A stretch of DNA of 63,241 nt, filler included. It is 7 parts of 7 records of this genome, joined end to end, with 100 filler letters (N's around TTAATTAATTAA, not from the genome) between each part and the next. Parts side by side here need not be neighbours in the genome. Positions count along the whole stretch, not along the records: positions 38,991 to 55,468 come from SRR20825010_6904; 6 more parts are not named here. The stretch is one strand, 5' to 3'. Every line of letters begins with the position of its first letter. The first letter of the stretch is position 1. Positions 39,233-49,444 of the stretch are shown here, piece after piece. Under the pieces are notes generated by a model. It ran no database searches, had not been told where the DNA came from, and was given only the letters and a program-made list of their open reading frames with translations. Position numbers and translations under genes: made by a program.

Positions 39233-40174
39233 ATGAAAACGCGTGTTGTTACGGTCTTTGGCGGTTCAGGTTTTATCGGGCGTTATGTGGTGGAAAAGCT
39301 GGCGGCGCGCGGCGATCTGGTGCGGGTCGCGGTGAGGCGACCGGGGGAGGCTTTTTTTCTCAAGCCGCTCGGGGACGTTGGGCAGGTGCAGCCCATTGCG
39401 GCGAATCTGAAAAACGAGGCTTCTGTGCGCCGTGCGGTTGCAGGTGCGGACTGTGTCATCAACCTTGTGGGCGTGCTTTATAACTCGGGTGGCCAGACCT
39501 TTGAGGCCTTGCAACACAAGGGTGCCGGGCTTGTGGCGCACGCGGCAGCGGACGCAGGCGTTCAAGGCCTTGTGCATATGTCAGCCCTTGGGGCCGAGCG
39601 CGCGTCAGCCAGCGACTATGCCCGCACCAAGGCATTGGGCGAAGAGGCGGTGCTTGAAGCTTTCCCGACGGCCACGATCTTTCGCCCCAGTGTGGTATTC
39701 GGGCCTGAAGACGGCTTTTTCAACCGTTTTGCGTCGCTTGCGGCCATGCTGCCGGTGCTGCCTGTGCCGGGGGCGGAGACCAAATTCCAGCCGGTTTATG
39801 TGCATGATGTGGCAGCAGCAATCGTGAAAGCCAGCCTTGGCGGAGAAGCGTTTGCGGGCAAAACCTTCTCCCTTGGTGGCCCGGAAGTGTTGAGCCTTCG
39901 CGCCTGCCTTGAGGCCATGATGCGCTACACGGGGGTGAAGCGGCCTATTGTGGGCGTGCCGTGGTGGATCGCAGATATGCAGGCGCTGTTTTTGGGTATG
40001 CTGCCAAACCCGCCGCTCACGCGGGATCAGGTCAAACTGTTGCGGGTGGATAATGTGGTGCCAGAAGGCGCGCCGGGCTTTGCCGCGTTTGGGATTACGC
40101 CATCACGAATTGAGGCCATACTGCCCAGCTATATGGTGCATCACAAACGCCACGGCCAGTTCAAGGCTTCCTGA
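39233..40174 (+). CDS. Complex I NDUFA9-family atypical SDR
   Basis: VFGGSGFIG, INLVG, SALGA, YARTK, FRPSVVFG motifs; GGAGG ribosome-binding site. Confidence 0.92.
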   Translation: MKTRVVTVFGGSGFIGRYVVEKLAARGDLVRVAVRRPGEAFFLKPLGDVGQVQPIAANLKNEASVRRAVAGADCVINLVGVLYNSGGQTFEALQHKGAGLVAHAAADAGVQGLVHMSALGAERASASDYARTKALGEEAVLEAFPTATIFRPSVVFGPEDGFFNRFASLAAMLPVLPVPGAETKFQPVYVHDVAAAIVKASLGGEAFAGKTFSLGGPEVLSLRACLEAMMRYTGVKRPIVGVPWWIADMQALFLGMLPNPPLTRDQVKLLRVDNVVPEGAPGFAAFGITPSRIEAILPSYMVHHKRHGQFKAS

Positions 40175-40182
40175 TCGCAGGA

Positions 40183-41013
40183 TTAAATTAAGCCCATGCC
40201 GATAAGGGCAAAAAGCCCGAGGCCCAGAAGCACGCGGTAAGCCACAAAGATGGTCATGCTTGCGTGCTCCAGCCATTTCATCAGGAAATGAATAGCCGCG
40301 AGCGCCGCAAGGCACGAAAGGCTGGCGGCGAAACCGGCATGCACCCACAAGACCGGATCGTGGCTTTCGCTCATGTCTTTCATCAGAAACACCCCGGCGC
40401 CCAATATGGTGGGGATGGAAAGCAGCATGGAAAAACGCGCCGCATCTGTGCGGTTGAACCCGAGATAACGCGCGGCTGTCATGGTGATGCCCGCGCGGCT
40501 GGTGCCGGGAATGAGGGCCAGCACTTGCGCGAGCCCGATGATAAGGGCGGGCTTGACGGCCATGCGCTCAAGCGCCTTCTCCGTGCTGCCGCGACGGTCC
40601 GCTATATAAAGAAGAAGACCAAATACGATGGAGGTGGTGGCGATTATAGCTGCACCGCGCGTCAGGTCCGCCAGCCCGGAGACTTTAAACAGCACTCCGG
40701 CAGCAACGGTCGGCAGGGTGGCGATCACCAGCGCCCAGAAAAGCTTGCCATATATGGTGCCTTCCACGGCACGGCGGGCGGGCCCAACGCCCACGGCGCC
40801 CAGCCCCGCAAGAAACAGACCCTTGGTATCGTCCCGAAAGTATAACAGCACGGCTACGAGCGTGCCCACATGCACGGACACATCCATCAGAAGCCCCTGG
40901 TCCGGCCAGCCGGTGAGCACGGGCACCAATACAAGGTGGCCAGATGAGCTAATCGGCAGAAATTCAGTGATGCCCTGAACGATCGCCAGGACAAACAGAT
41001 GCAAGGCTGTCAC
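40183..41013 (-). CDS. uppP: Undecaprenyl-diphosphate phosphatase
   Basis: QGITEFLPISSSGH and PGTSRAG motifs. Confidence 0.96.
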   Translation of the reverse strand: MTALHLFVLAIVQGITEFLPISSSGHLVLVPVLTGWPDQGLLMDVSVHVGTLVAVLLYFRDDTKGLFLAGLGAVGVGPARRAVEGTIYGKLFWALVIATLPTVAAGVLFKVSGLADLTRGAAIIATTSIVFGLLLYIADRRGSTEKALERMAVKPALIIGLAQVLALIPGTSRAGITMTAARYLGFNRTDAARFSMLLSIPTILGAGVFLMKDMSESHDPVLWVHAGFAASLSCLAALAAIHFLMKWLEHASMTIFVAYRVLLGLGLFALIGMGLI

Positions 41014-41403
41014 GTGTGGTTCTCCCCTTCACTCCCTGTGTTTGTCTTATATCAAGACTATTTTCTGCTGGCGAGGAAACATATAGTACCAATATTGTAC
41101 TAATTTAGGCTTTTCAGACCCAAAAAGAATCGTTAGATTCAAGCAGCTTAGAAATAATAGGACAGCTTTATTGACTTATAGTATATTTTTTGCGTGAAAT
41201 TCACGAAACTTGAACATATAATGCGCAACATCGGAATCGCGGACAGTAAAATTACTTGCAATCCTGGAGACCAACCGACGACCCCGACAAAGATTAAGAA
41301 GCCGCCCAAGGTTTCCTTTGTCATTCAGGGTCCGCCGCTATCTCTCTAGTGCTGACCACCGGCGATTTCGCACAATAAACTGTCAGACCAAGAAGGGTGC
41401 CCT

Positions 41404-42831
41404 ATGGCCGACGATCTGTTGAAATTTGTTTCGATCGACCAAAAAATGCCGGACAAGCGTTCCGCCAAGGAACGCGCAGGTGATTTTGCGGAAGTTTACG
41501 CGCGCTACAATGTGGCTGGCGCGAAAGAGCAATCCAGCCGGTGTTCCCAGTGCGGGGTGCCGTTTTGCCAAATTCACTGTCCGCTTGGGAACAACATCCC
41601 CGATTGGTTGCGCCTCACCGCCGAAGGCCGCCTTCAGGAAGCGTATGAAATCTCATCCGCCACCAACAATATGCCCGAGATTTGTGGCCGCATCTGCCCG
41701 CAGGACCGCCTGTGCGAAGGCAATTGTGTGATCGAGAAGGATTTCAATTCCGTCACCATCGGCAGTGTGGAGAAATTCATCACAGACAATGCGTGGGATC
41801 AGGGCTGGATTGGCCCGATCAAACCAAGGCGTGAACTGAAAGAGAGTGTGGGTATTATTGGCGCGGGCCCTGCGGGGCTCGCGGCGGCTGAAGAGCTCCG
41901 CAAAGCGGGTTTTCAGGTGCATATTTATGACCGGCACGACCGCGCCGGCGGCCTCCTTATATATGGCATCCCCGGCTTCAAGCTGGAGAAAGACATTGTT
42001 GGCCGCCGCACAGGCAGGCTCGAACAATCCGGGATCACCTTCCATCTGGATTTTGAGGTGGGTAACAAGGAAGGGCTGAACGAGCTTCGCGAGAAACATG
42101 ATGCGCTTCTGATTGCTACCGGCGTGTACCGCGCGCGGGGCCTTAAGGTGCCAGGCGTTGGCCTTGGAAATATCCGTGAGGCGCTTGATTATCTGATCGC
42201 GTCCAACAAAACAGGCCTTGGTGACAAGGTGCCTGAGTTTGAAAGCGGCGCACTTGACGCCAAAGGCAAGGACGTTGTGGTTATTGGTGGTGGTGACACC
42301 GCGATGGACTGCGTGCGCACTGCCGTGCGCCAGGGGGCAAAATCGGTGAAATGCCTTTATCGCCGTGACCGGGGCAATATGCCGGGTTCCGTCCGTGAAG
42401 TGCAAAACGCGGAAGAAGAGGGTGTTGAATTTGTCTGGCTCTCAGGGCCGGAGGCCTTTCTTGGCGATGAGAATGTGGAAGCTGTACGCGCTTATAAAAT
42501 GCGCCTTGGCGCCCCGGATGCCACTGGCCGTCAGGCGCCTGAGCCTGTACCCGAATCAAGTTTTACGCTTGATTGTGATTTGGCTGTGCTGGCGCTTGGT
42601 TTTGAGCCCGAAGACTTGCCCGCCCTTTTTGGCGCGCCGGAGCTGCGCGTAACCCGCTGGGGCACCGTGACGGTGGATCATTCCACGATGATGAGCAATC
42701 TGGACGGTGTGTTCGCCGCAGGCGATATCGTGCGTGGTGCCTCACTTGTTGTGTGGGCCATTCGTGATGGCCGCGACGCTGCCACCCAAATCAAACAATA
42801 TCTGCGCGAAAAAGCGCAAGTCGCCGCATAA
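41404..42831 (+). CDS. gltD: Glutamate synthase small subunit
   Basis: CSQCGVPFC...CP, GRICPQDRLCE, GAGPAG, GGGDTAMD motifs. Confidence 0.97.
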   Translation: MADDLLKFVSIDQKMPDKRSAKERAGDFAEVYARYNVAGAKEQSSRCSQCGVPFCQIHCPLGNNIPDWLRLTAEGRLQEAYEISSATNNMPEICGRICPQDRLCEGNCVIEKDFNSVTIGSVEKFITDNAWDQGWIGPIKPRRELKESVGIIGAGPAGLAAAEELRKAGFQVHIYDRHDRAGGLLIYGIPGFKLEKDIVGRRTGRLEQSGITFHLDFEVGNKEGLNELREKHDALLIATGVYRARGLKVPGVGLGNIREALDYLIASNKTGLGDKVPEFESGALDAKGKDVVVIGGGDTAMDCVRTAVRQGAKSVKCLYRRDRGNMPGSVREVQNAEEEGVEFVWLSGPEAFLGDENVEAVRAYKMRLGAPDATGRQAPEPVPESSFTLDCDLAVLALGFEPEDLPALFGAPELRVTRWGTVTVDHSTMMSNLDGVFAAGDIVRGASLVVWAIRDGRDAATQIKQYLREKAQVAA

Positions 42832-42849
42832 AGAAGGGAACCCAAGGAA

Positions 42850-45800
42850 ATGCAACAGTTCAGCGAGCATGTACCGGGCCCTGTAGGCCTTTATGATCCA
42901 GCGGAAGAGCGATCTTCCTGTGGTGTAGGCCTTGTGGCCGCCATGAACGGCAAACCGTCACGCCGCGTGGTGCTGATGGGGATTGAAGCGCTTAAGGCCA
43001 TCTGGCACCGGGGTGCCGTGGATGCAGACGGTAAAACCGGTGACGGTGCGGGCATTCATGTGGAAATCCCGCAGGAGTTTTTCAAAGGGCACGTCCGCGC
43101 GACAGGCCATGAACCCGCGGAGGGCCGGCTGGCTGTTGGCATGGTGTTCCTGCCGCGTGTTGACCTGCCCGCACAGGAAACCTGTCGCACGATTGTGGAA
43201 AAAGAGATCCTCGCGTTTGGTTATACCATTTACGGCTGGCGCCAGGTGCCGGTTGATATCGATGTGATTGGTGAAAAAGCCGAGGCCACACGGCCTGAGA
43301 TTGAGCAGATCATGATCGCCAACTCAAAGGGCGTGGACGAAGAAACGTTCGAGCGTGAACTGTACGTGGTTCGCCGCCGCATTGAGGCCGCCGTGATCAA
43401 GGCGCAAGTGGGTGATTTTTACATCTGCTCGCTGTCCTGCCGCTCGGTTATCTATAAGGGCCTCTTCCTCGCGGAGCAGCTCTCAACCTTTTATCCTGAC
43501 CTGGAAGACGAGCGTTTCGTCTCTTCCTTCGCGGTGTATCACCAGCGGTATTCAACCAACACCTTCCCGCAGTGGTGGCTGGCTCAGCCTTTCCGTATGC
43601 TCGCCCATAACGGTGAGATCAATACGATCCGTGGGAACGTGAACTGGATGCGCAGCCACCAGATCCGCATGGCCTCTATTGCCTTTGGTGAAAATTCGGA
43701 AGACATCAAACCGGTGGTGCCCAAAGGCGCGTCAGACAGCGCCGCCCTTGACGCCGTGTTTGAGGTGATGGTGCGCGCGGGCCGGTCTGCGCCCATGGTG
43801 AAAACCATGCTGGTGCCGGAAGCATGGTCCAACAAGGACAGCATGCCCGAAGCACACCGCGCCATGTATGCCTATACCAACTCTGTGATGGAGCCGTGGG
43901 ATGGCCCGGCCGCACTCGCGGCCACGGATGGCCGCTGGGTTGTGGCGGGGCTTGACCGGAACGGTCTACGCCCCATGCGTTTCACCGTTACGAACGACGG
44001 TTTCCTTGTTGTTGGCTCAGAGACAGGCATGGTTGTTGTGGATGAAGAAGACGTGCGTGAAAAAGGCAGGCTTGGGCCTGGCCAGATGATCGCGCTCGAC
44101 CTTCAGGACGGACAGTTTTATCATGACCGGGAAATCAAGGATAAGCTCGCTGCATCGCAACCATTTGAAGAATGGGCGATGGATATTGGTGGTATCGATT
44201 CGCTGCCAGACTATCGTGGGCCTGAGATGCCAAGCTTTGCGGGTGATGACCTCAAGCGCCGCCAGATCGTGGCGGGTCTGAGCCATGAGGACCTGGAGCT
44301 TATCCTGCACCCGCAGGTAACAACGGGCAAGGAAGCCATTGGCTCCATGGGCGATGATACGCCGCTTGCGGTGCTCTCAAGCCAATACCGTAACCTGTCG
44401 CATTTCTTCCGGCAGAATTTCAGCCAGGTCACCAACCCGCCGATTGACAGCCTGCGCGAACACCGGGTGATGAGCCTGAAGACCCGTTTTGGCAACTTTG
44501 CCAACGTGCTTGATGAAGGCCACACCCAAGCTGGTTCTATCGTGCTCGACAGCCCGATCATCACCAACCGGGAATGGAACACACTGATCAAGCATTTTGG
44601 CGAATCGGCGCAGGTGATTGACTGTACCTTTGATGCAAAAGCAGGCAAAGGCGCGCTGCGCGTTGCCATCGACCGTATCCGCCGCGAAGCCGAAGACGCG
44701 GTGCGTGAGGGCCGGGGGCACCTGTTCCTGACGGATGAAAACATCAATGAAGACCGTGCGCCAGTGCCAATGATTTTGGCGGCGGGCGGCTTGCATACGC
44801 ACCTTCTGAACGAAGGCCTGCGCACTTTCACAAGCCTGAACGTGCGTGCGAGCGAATGCCTTGACCCGCATTATTTTGCGGTGCTGATTGGCGCGGGCGC
44901 CACAACAGTGAACGCCTATCTGGCGCAGGACGCCATCTCGGACCGACATGCCAAAGGTCTTTTTGGTGACATGAGCCTTGATGAAGCCGTTGTTCGCGCG
45001 GCGGACGCCATTGATCAGGGTCTTCTCAAGATACTGTCCAAGATGGGGATCTCGATCATCTCCAGCTATCGGGGCGGTAACAACTTCGAGGCGCTCGGGC
45101 TCTCCCGTTCGTTGGTTGCTGAGTTTTTCCCCGGTATGCCGACCAAAATCTCCGGTATCGGCCTTTCCGGTATCCAGAAAAAGGTGCTTGAGCAGCATGC
45201 CAAGGCGTTTGAGGAAGACGCGCTTACACTGCCGATTGGGGGGCTGTACCGCTATCGCCGTGGCGGCGAAGTGCATGCTCACGATGGCCAGCTCATCCAC
45301 CTGCTTCAAACCGCAGTTGGGCAAGACAACTATGCCAAATATCTCACCTACTCGCGCGGGCTTCATAACCTGCCGCCGGTGAACCTGAGGGACCTTCTTG
45401 ACTTCCGTCGGCCAGAGAAAGCCATGCCGATTGACGAGGTGGAATCGATCACCCAGATACGTAAGCGTTTCATCACGCCCGGCATGTCGCTTGGTGCGCT
45501 CTCAAAAGAAGCGCACGAAACGCTTGCCATTGCCATGAACCGCATTGGCGCCAAGTCGGTCTCCGGCGAAGGCGGTGAGGACAAATCTCGCTACAAGCCT
45601 TATGAGAATGGTGATAATGCCAACAGCCCGATCAAGCAGGTCGCCTCCGGTCGTTTTGGGGTAACGGCAGAATATCTGAACGCGTGTGAAGAGCTTGAGA
45701 TCAAGGTCGCGCAAGGCGCCAAACCGGGCGAAGGTGGCCAGCTACCGGGCTTCAAGGTCACGGAAATGATCGCGAAGCTCAGGCATTCCACGCCGGGTGT

Positions 45801-47358
45801 GACGCTGATCTCCCCGCCGCCGCACCATGATATCTATTCAATCGAAGACCTCGCCCAGCTGATTTATGACCTGAAGCAGATCAACCCGCGCGCCAAAGTA
45901 TGCGTGAAGTTGGTGTCTTCAGCGGGCATTGGCACAATCGCCGCAGGTGTCGCGAAGGCGCACGCGGATGTCATTCTGGTGTCCGGCCATTCAGGCGGCA
46001 CGGGTGCCAGCCCGCAAACCAGCATCAAATACGCTGGTACGCCATGGGAAATTGGCCTCGCGGAAGTTAATCAGGTGCTGATGCTCAACGGCCTTCGTCA
46101 CCGCGTGACGCTGCGCACAGACGGCGGCATTCGCACCGGCCGTGATGTTGTTATCGCCGCTATGCTGGGGGCGGAAGAATACGGTGTTGGTACGGCATCC
46201 CTTGTGGCCATGGGCTGCATCATGGTGCGTCAGTGTCACTCTAATACCTGCCCGGTTGGAATTTGCACACAGGATGAAGACTTGCGTAAAAAATTCGACG
46301 GTTCGGCGGAGAAGGTGGTCAATCTGTTCAGCTTTATCGCTGAGGAAACCCGTGAGATTCTCGCGGAACTGGGTGTGGAACGGCTCGACGATATCATCGG
46401 CCGCACAGATCTGTTGCATCAGGTCAGCCGCGGTGCGGAACACCTTGATGACCTCGACCTCAACCCGCTTCTGGTACAGGTGGGCGGCCGCAATAGACGT
46501 TCTGTGTGTACGCTTGAAGGCCGCAACGAAGTGCCGGACAGTCTGGACGCACAGATGCTTGAAGATGCCAAGGCTGTTTTCTCCAAAGGTGAGAAAATGC
46601 AGCTGACATACTCGGTGCAGAACACGCTCCGTGCTATCGGCACGCGCTTCTCAAGCGAGATCACACGCACCTTTGGCATGAGCGGGTTGAAGCCAGACCA
46701 TGTGACAGTGCGGCTTCGGGGCTCTGCCGGGCAATCGCTCGGGGCCTTTGCGGTGCAGGGGCTGAAGCTTGAGGTGGCTGGTGACGCGAACGACTATGTT
46801 GGCAAAGGCCTCTCGGGCGGCACGATTGTGGTGCGGCCATCAAACCGGGCGTCTTTCAACTCCAAGGACAATACCATCATCGGCAACACGGTGCTTTATG
46901 GTGCCACGGCGGGCAAGCTTTATGCTGCAGGCCAGGCGGGTGAGCGCTTTGCGGTCAGAAACTCAGGCGCCAATGTGGTGGTTGAAGGCTGCGGCGCAAA
47001 TGGTTGCGAATATATGACCGGCGGCACAGCCGTGATCCTCGGCGCTGTTGGGGACAACTTTGGCGCGGGCATGACCGGCGGCATGGCCTTTGTACTGGAT
47101 GAACAAGGCACGTTTGAAGAGCATGTGAATGACGATTCGGTGCTTTATAACCGGCTCTCAAGCGCGCATTGGGAAGGTGTGCTGAAGGCTCTTATTGAAG
47201 AACATGTTGAAGAAACGCACTCCCGCTGGGGCGCGACAGTGCTCTCGAACTGGGAGGCCAAGCGCGGCAGTTTCTGGCAGGTTGTGCCGAAGGAAATGAT
47301 CGACAGGCTCGCTCATCCTGTAAGCGACGAACAGGCAGGCGAAAAACTCACAGCGTAA
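42850..47358 (+). CDS. gltB: Glutamate synthase large subunit
   Basis: SCGVG N-terminal Cys, HQRYSTNT, SGEGG, QGAKPGEGG, CIMVRQCHSNTC motifs. Confidence 0.98.
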   Translation: MQQFSEHVPGPVGLYDPAEERSSCGVGLVAAMNGKPSRRVVLMGIEALKAIWHRGAVDADGKTGDGAGIHVEIPQEFFKGHVRATGHEPAEGRLAVGMVFLPRVDLPAQETCRTIVEKEILAFGYTIYGWRQVPVDIDVIGEKAEATRPEIEQIMIANSKGVDEETFERELYVVRRRIEAAVIKAQVGDFYICSLSCRSVIYKGLFLAEQLSTFYPDLEDERFVSSFAVYHQRYSTNTFPQWWLAQPFRMLAHNGEINTIRGNVNWMRSHQIRMASIAFGENSEDIKPVVPKGASDSAALDAVFEVMVRAGRSAPMVKTMLVPEAWSNKDSMPEAHRAMYAYTNSVMEPWDGPAALAATDGRWVVAGLDRNGLRPMRFTVTNDGFLVVGSETGMVVVDEEDVREKGRLGPGQMIALDLQDGQFYHDREIKDKLAASQPFEEWAMDIGGIDSLPDYRGPEMPSFAGDDLKRRQIVAGLSHEDLELILHPQVTTGKEAIGSMGDDTPLAVLSSQYRNLSHFFRQNFSQVTNPPIDSLREHRVMSLKTRFGNFANVLDEGHTQAGSIVLDSPIITNREWNTLIKHFGESAQVIDCTFDAKAGKGALRVAIDRIRREAEDAVREGRGHLFLTDENINEDRAPVPMILAAGGLHTHLLNEGLRTFTSLNVRASECLDPHYFAVLIGAGATTVNAYLAQDAISDRHAKGLFGDMSLDEAVVRAADAIDQGLLKILSKMGISIISSYRGGNNFEALGLSRSLVAEFFPGMPTKISGIGLSGIQKKVLEQHAKAFEEDALTLPIGGLYRYRRGGEVHAHDGQLIHLLQTAVGQDNYAKYLTYSRGLHNLPPVNLRDLLDFRRPEKAMPIDEVESITQIRKRFITPGMSLGALSKEAHETLAIAMNRIGAKSVSGEGGEDKSRYKPYENGDNANSPIKQVASGRFGVTAEYLNACEELEIKVAQGAKPGEGGQLPGFKVTEMIAKLRHSTPGVTLISPPPHHDIYSIEDLAQLIYDLKQINPRAKVCVKLVSSAGIGTIAAGVAKAHADVILVSGHSGGTGASPQTSIKYAGTPWEIGLAEVNQVLMLNGLRHRVTLRTDGGIRTGRDVVIAAMLGAEEYGVGTASLVAMGCIMVRQCHSNTCPVGICTQDEDLRKKFDGSAEKVVNLFSFIAEETREILAELGVERLDDIIGRTDLLHQVSRGAEHLDDLDLNPLLVQVGGRNRRSVCTLEGRNEVPDSLDAQMLEDAKAVFSKGEKMQLTYSVQNTLRAIGTRFSSEITRTFGMSGLKPDHVTVRLRGSAGQSLGAFAVQGLKLEVAGDANDYVGKGLSGGTIVVRPSNRASFNSKDNTIIGNTVLYGATAGKLYAAGQAGERFAVRNSGANVVVEGCGANGCEYMTGGTAVILGAVGDNFGAGMTGGMAFVLDEQGTFEEHVNDDSVLYNRLSSAHWEGVLKALIEEHVEETHSRWGATVLSNWEAKRGSFWQVVPKEMIDRLAHPVSDEQAGEKLTA

Positions 47359-47423
47359 TTGTTGGCAGAAAGTATTTTTCCCATTTGGCGGCCCCCGCAT
47401 TCTCGGTTAAGAAGGGGGCTGTC

Positions 47424-48092
47424 ATGCCTACGCTTTATCATCATTGGCTCAGTCCCGCCGCTCGTTTCATACGCGTGCTTCTTGCCGAGAAGCGCGTCGA
47501 TTTTGATATGCGACTGGAGAAAGAGTGGGAACGCAGACCCGCATTCCTTGCCCTTAATCCGGCAGGCGAAGTGCCTGTGCTGGTGATGGATGATGGCCAT
47601 GCTTACTCTGGCACCATGGCAATCGCGGAGTATCTGGAAGAAGTGATCCCTGAGCCGCCGCTTCTGATTGGCGATGCTGACACACGGTACGAAATTCGCC
47701 GCCTTGCGGGCTGGTTTCATTCAAAGCTGGGCACGGAAGTAACCCGCCACACGGTGTCGGAAAAGCTGCTCAAACGTTTCCTTGGCATGGGGGAGCCTGA
47801 TTCTGAAGCTATCCGGTGCGCGTCCCATAACCTCAAGGTTCACCTTAAATACATCACCTATCTGGCCGAACGCCGCCACTATCTGGCGGGCAACCAGTTT
47901 ACCATGGCTGATGCCGCTGCCGCCGCGCATATCTCGGTGGTGGATTATTTTGGCGATATCGCGTGGGAACAGTGGCCGATGGTCAAGGACTGGTACGTGC
48001 GGGTGAAGTCGCGCCGGTCGATCCGGGCGCTGCTGGCTGACCGCATCACCGGCCTTACCCCGCCAAAACACTATCAGGAACTGGATTTCTGA
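47424..48092 (+). CDS. fzlA: GST-family FtsZ-binding protein FzlA
   Basis: GST fold (LNPAGEVPVL), WYVRVKSR, C-terminal PPKHYQELDF; adjacent to queG. Confidence 0.8.
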   Translation: MPTLYHHWLSPAARFIRVLLAEKRVDFDMRLEKEWERRPAFLALNPAGEVPVLVMDDGHAYSGTMAIAEYLEEVIPEPPLLIGDADTRYEIRRLAGWFHSKLGTEVTRHTVSEKLLKRFLGMGEPDSEAIRCASHNLKVHLKYITYLAERRHYLAGNQFTMADAAAAAHISVVDYFGDIAWEQWPMVKDWYVRVKSRRSIRALLADRITGLTPPKHYQELDF

Positions 48093-49136
48093 ATGGGCAC
48101 GCCCGGCGATATCCGCGCCGAGCTTGAAGCCAAAGCATCTGAGCTCGGGTTCGATACTTTCGGGGTTACCACGGCGGTAACATCATCTGAAGTAGCGGCT
48201 CGCCTGCGTGAGTTTGTGTCACTGGACCGGCACGGCACCATGGCGTGGATGGCGGAGCGCCTTCATCACCGGGAAGGCCCGCAAAACCTATGGCCGGAGG
48301 CGCGCTCCGCGATCATGCTGGGTGTAAACTACGGCCCCAGGGAAGACCCGCGTGCGCTGCTTGATGCACCGTCATTTGGCAATATTTCTGTTTACGCGCG
48401 GGGCAAGGACTATCACGACCTGATAAAAAAACGCCTGAAGGCTTTTGCCCGCTGGATTGTGGAAAGCTATGGCTGCGAACTGAAGGTTTTTGTGGACACG
48501 GCACCTGTGCCTGAAAAACCGCTGTCTGCCGCGGCGGGGCTTGGCTGGCAGGGCAAACATACCAACATGGTCAGCCCCGCATTTGGTAGCTGGCTGTTCC
48601 TCGGTGCTATCTACACAAACATGGCCCTGGCGGAAGACCAGCCGCACAGGGACCAGTGTGGCTCATGCCGGGCGTGCCTTGATGCCTGCCCGACGGATGC
48701 TTTCCCCGCCCCTTACCAGCTGGATGCGCGGCGCTGCATTTCTTACCTCACCATTGAGCACAAAGGCCCCATCGATGATGAATTTCGCCGGGCGATGGGC
48801 AACCGCATCTATGGTTGCGATGACTGTCTGGCCGCCTGCCCCTGGAATAAATTCGCCAAAGCAAGCCATGAGGCCGCCTTTCATGCACGGGCAGAACTGG
48901 GGGCGCCTGCGCTTGCAGACCTTGTCTCCCTTGATGATGCGTCGTTTCGGGAGGTGTTCTCCGGCAGCCCGATAAAACGCATTGGCCGCGACCGGTTTGT
49001 GCGCAATGTGCTCTACGCCATCGGTAACTCGGGCGACAATAGCCACTTGCCAGCGGTGAAAAAACTCTGCCAAGATGAAAGCGATGTGGTCAGGGATGCC
49101 GCATCTTGGGCGCTTCGTGAACTTGGGGAAGGGTGA
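48093..49136 (+). CDS. queG: Epoxyqueuosine reductase
   Basis: YARGKDYH, VDTAP, CGSCRACLDACP, RCISYLTIE, GCDDCLAACPWN motifs. Confidence 0.96.
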   Translation: MGTPGDIRAELEAKASELGFDTFGVTTAVTSSEVAARLREFVSLDRHGTMAWMAERLHHREGPQNLWPEARSAIMLGVNYGPREDPRALLDAPSFGNISVYARGKDYHDLIKKRLKAFARWIVESYGCELKVFVDTAPVPEKPLSAAAGLGWQGKHTNMVSPAFGSWLFLGAIYTNMALAEDQPHRDQCGSCRACLDACPTDAFPAPYQLDARRCISYLTIEHKGPIDDEFRRAMGNRIYGCDDCLAACPWNKFAKASHEAAFHARAELGAPALADLVSLDDASFREVFSGSPIKRIGRDRFVRNVLYAIGNSGDNSHLPAVKKLCQDESDVVRDAASWALRELGEG

Positions 49137-49444
49137 TGCGAATGCTGAATTGGCGAACAGGATTTCTGGCCGTGCTGTTGATCGCGGCGGCGTGGTTCTC
49201 GATCAAAATACCGGATGTGCCAGCCCGTGTGGTGACGGCAGAGGTGGTCTCGCTAGAGGACGGTGAAGGCGGCTGGCGAACGATTACCGTGCGTTTTGAT
49301 GATGGCCGAATACAGGCGATCGAGACACTCGCGCCATTTTTCTATCGGCCCGGGTACAAGGTGAAGGTTGCGGTGTATGATCGCCTTTTGTTGCCGGACC
49401 ATTATGATCTGGTCAGCGATAGCAAGGCTCAGTCCTTGTCTTGA
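49133..49444 (+). CDS. Hypothetical membrane-anchored protein
   Basis: N-terminal TM plus beta-rich domain; overlaps the queG stop. Confidence 0.55.
   Translation: MMRMLNWRTGFLAVLLIAAAWFSIKIPDVPARVVTAEVVSLEDGEGGWRTITVRFDDGRIQAIETLAPFFYRPGYKVKVAVYDRLLLPDHYDLVSDSKAQSLS

Noticed and set aside
41084-41102. TAGTAC-N7-GTACTA inverted repeat between uppP and gltD
   Set aside because: Short, in AT-rich sequence, with no cognate regulator in view; too weak to call
41404-47358. gltD preceding gltB
   Set aside because: Normal order in many alphaproteobacteria
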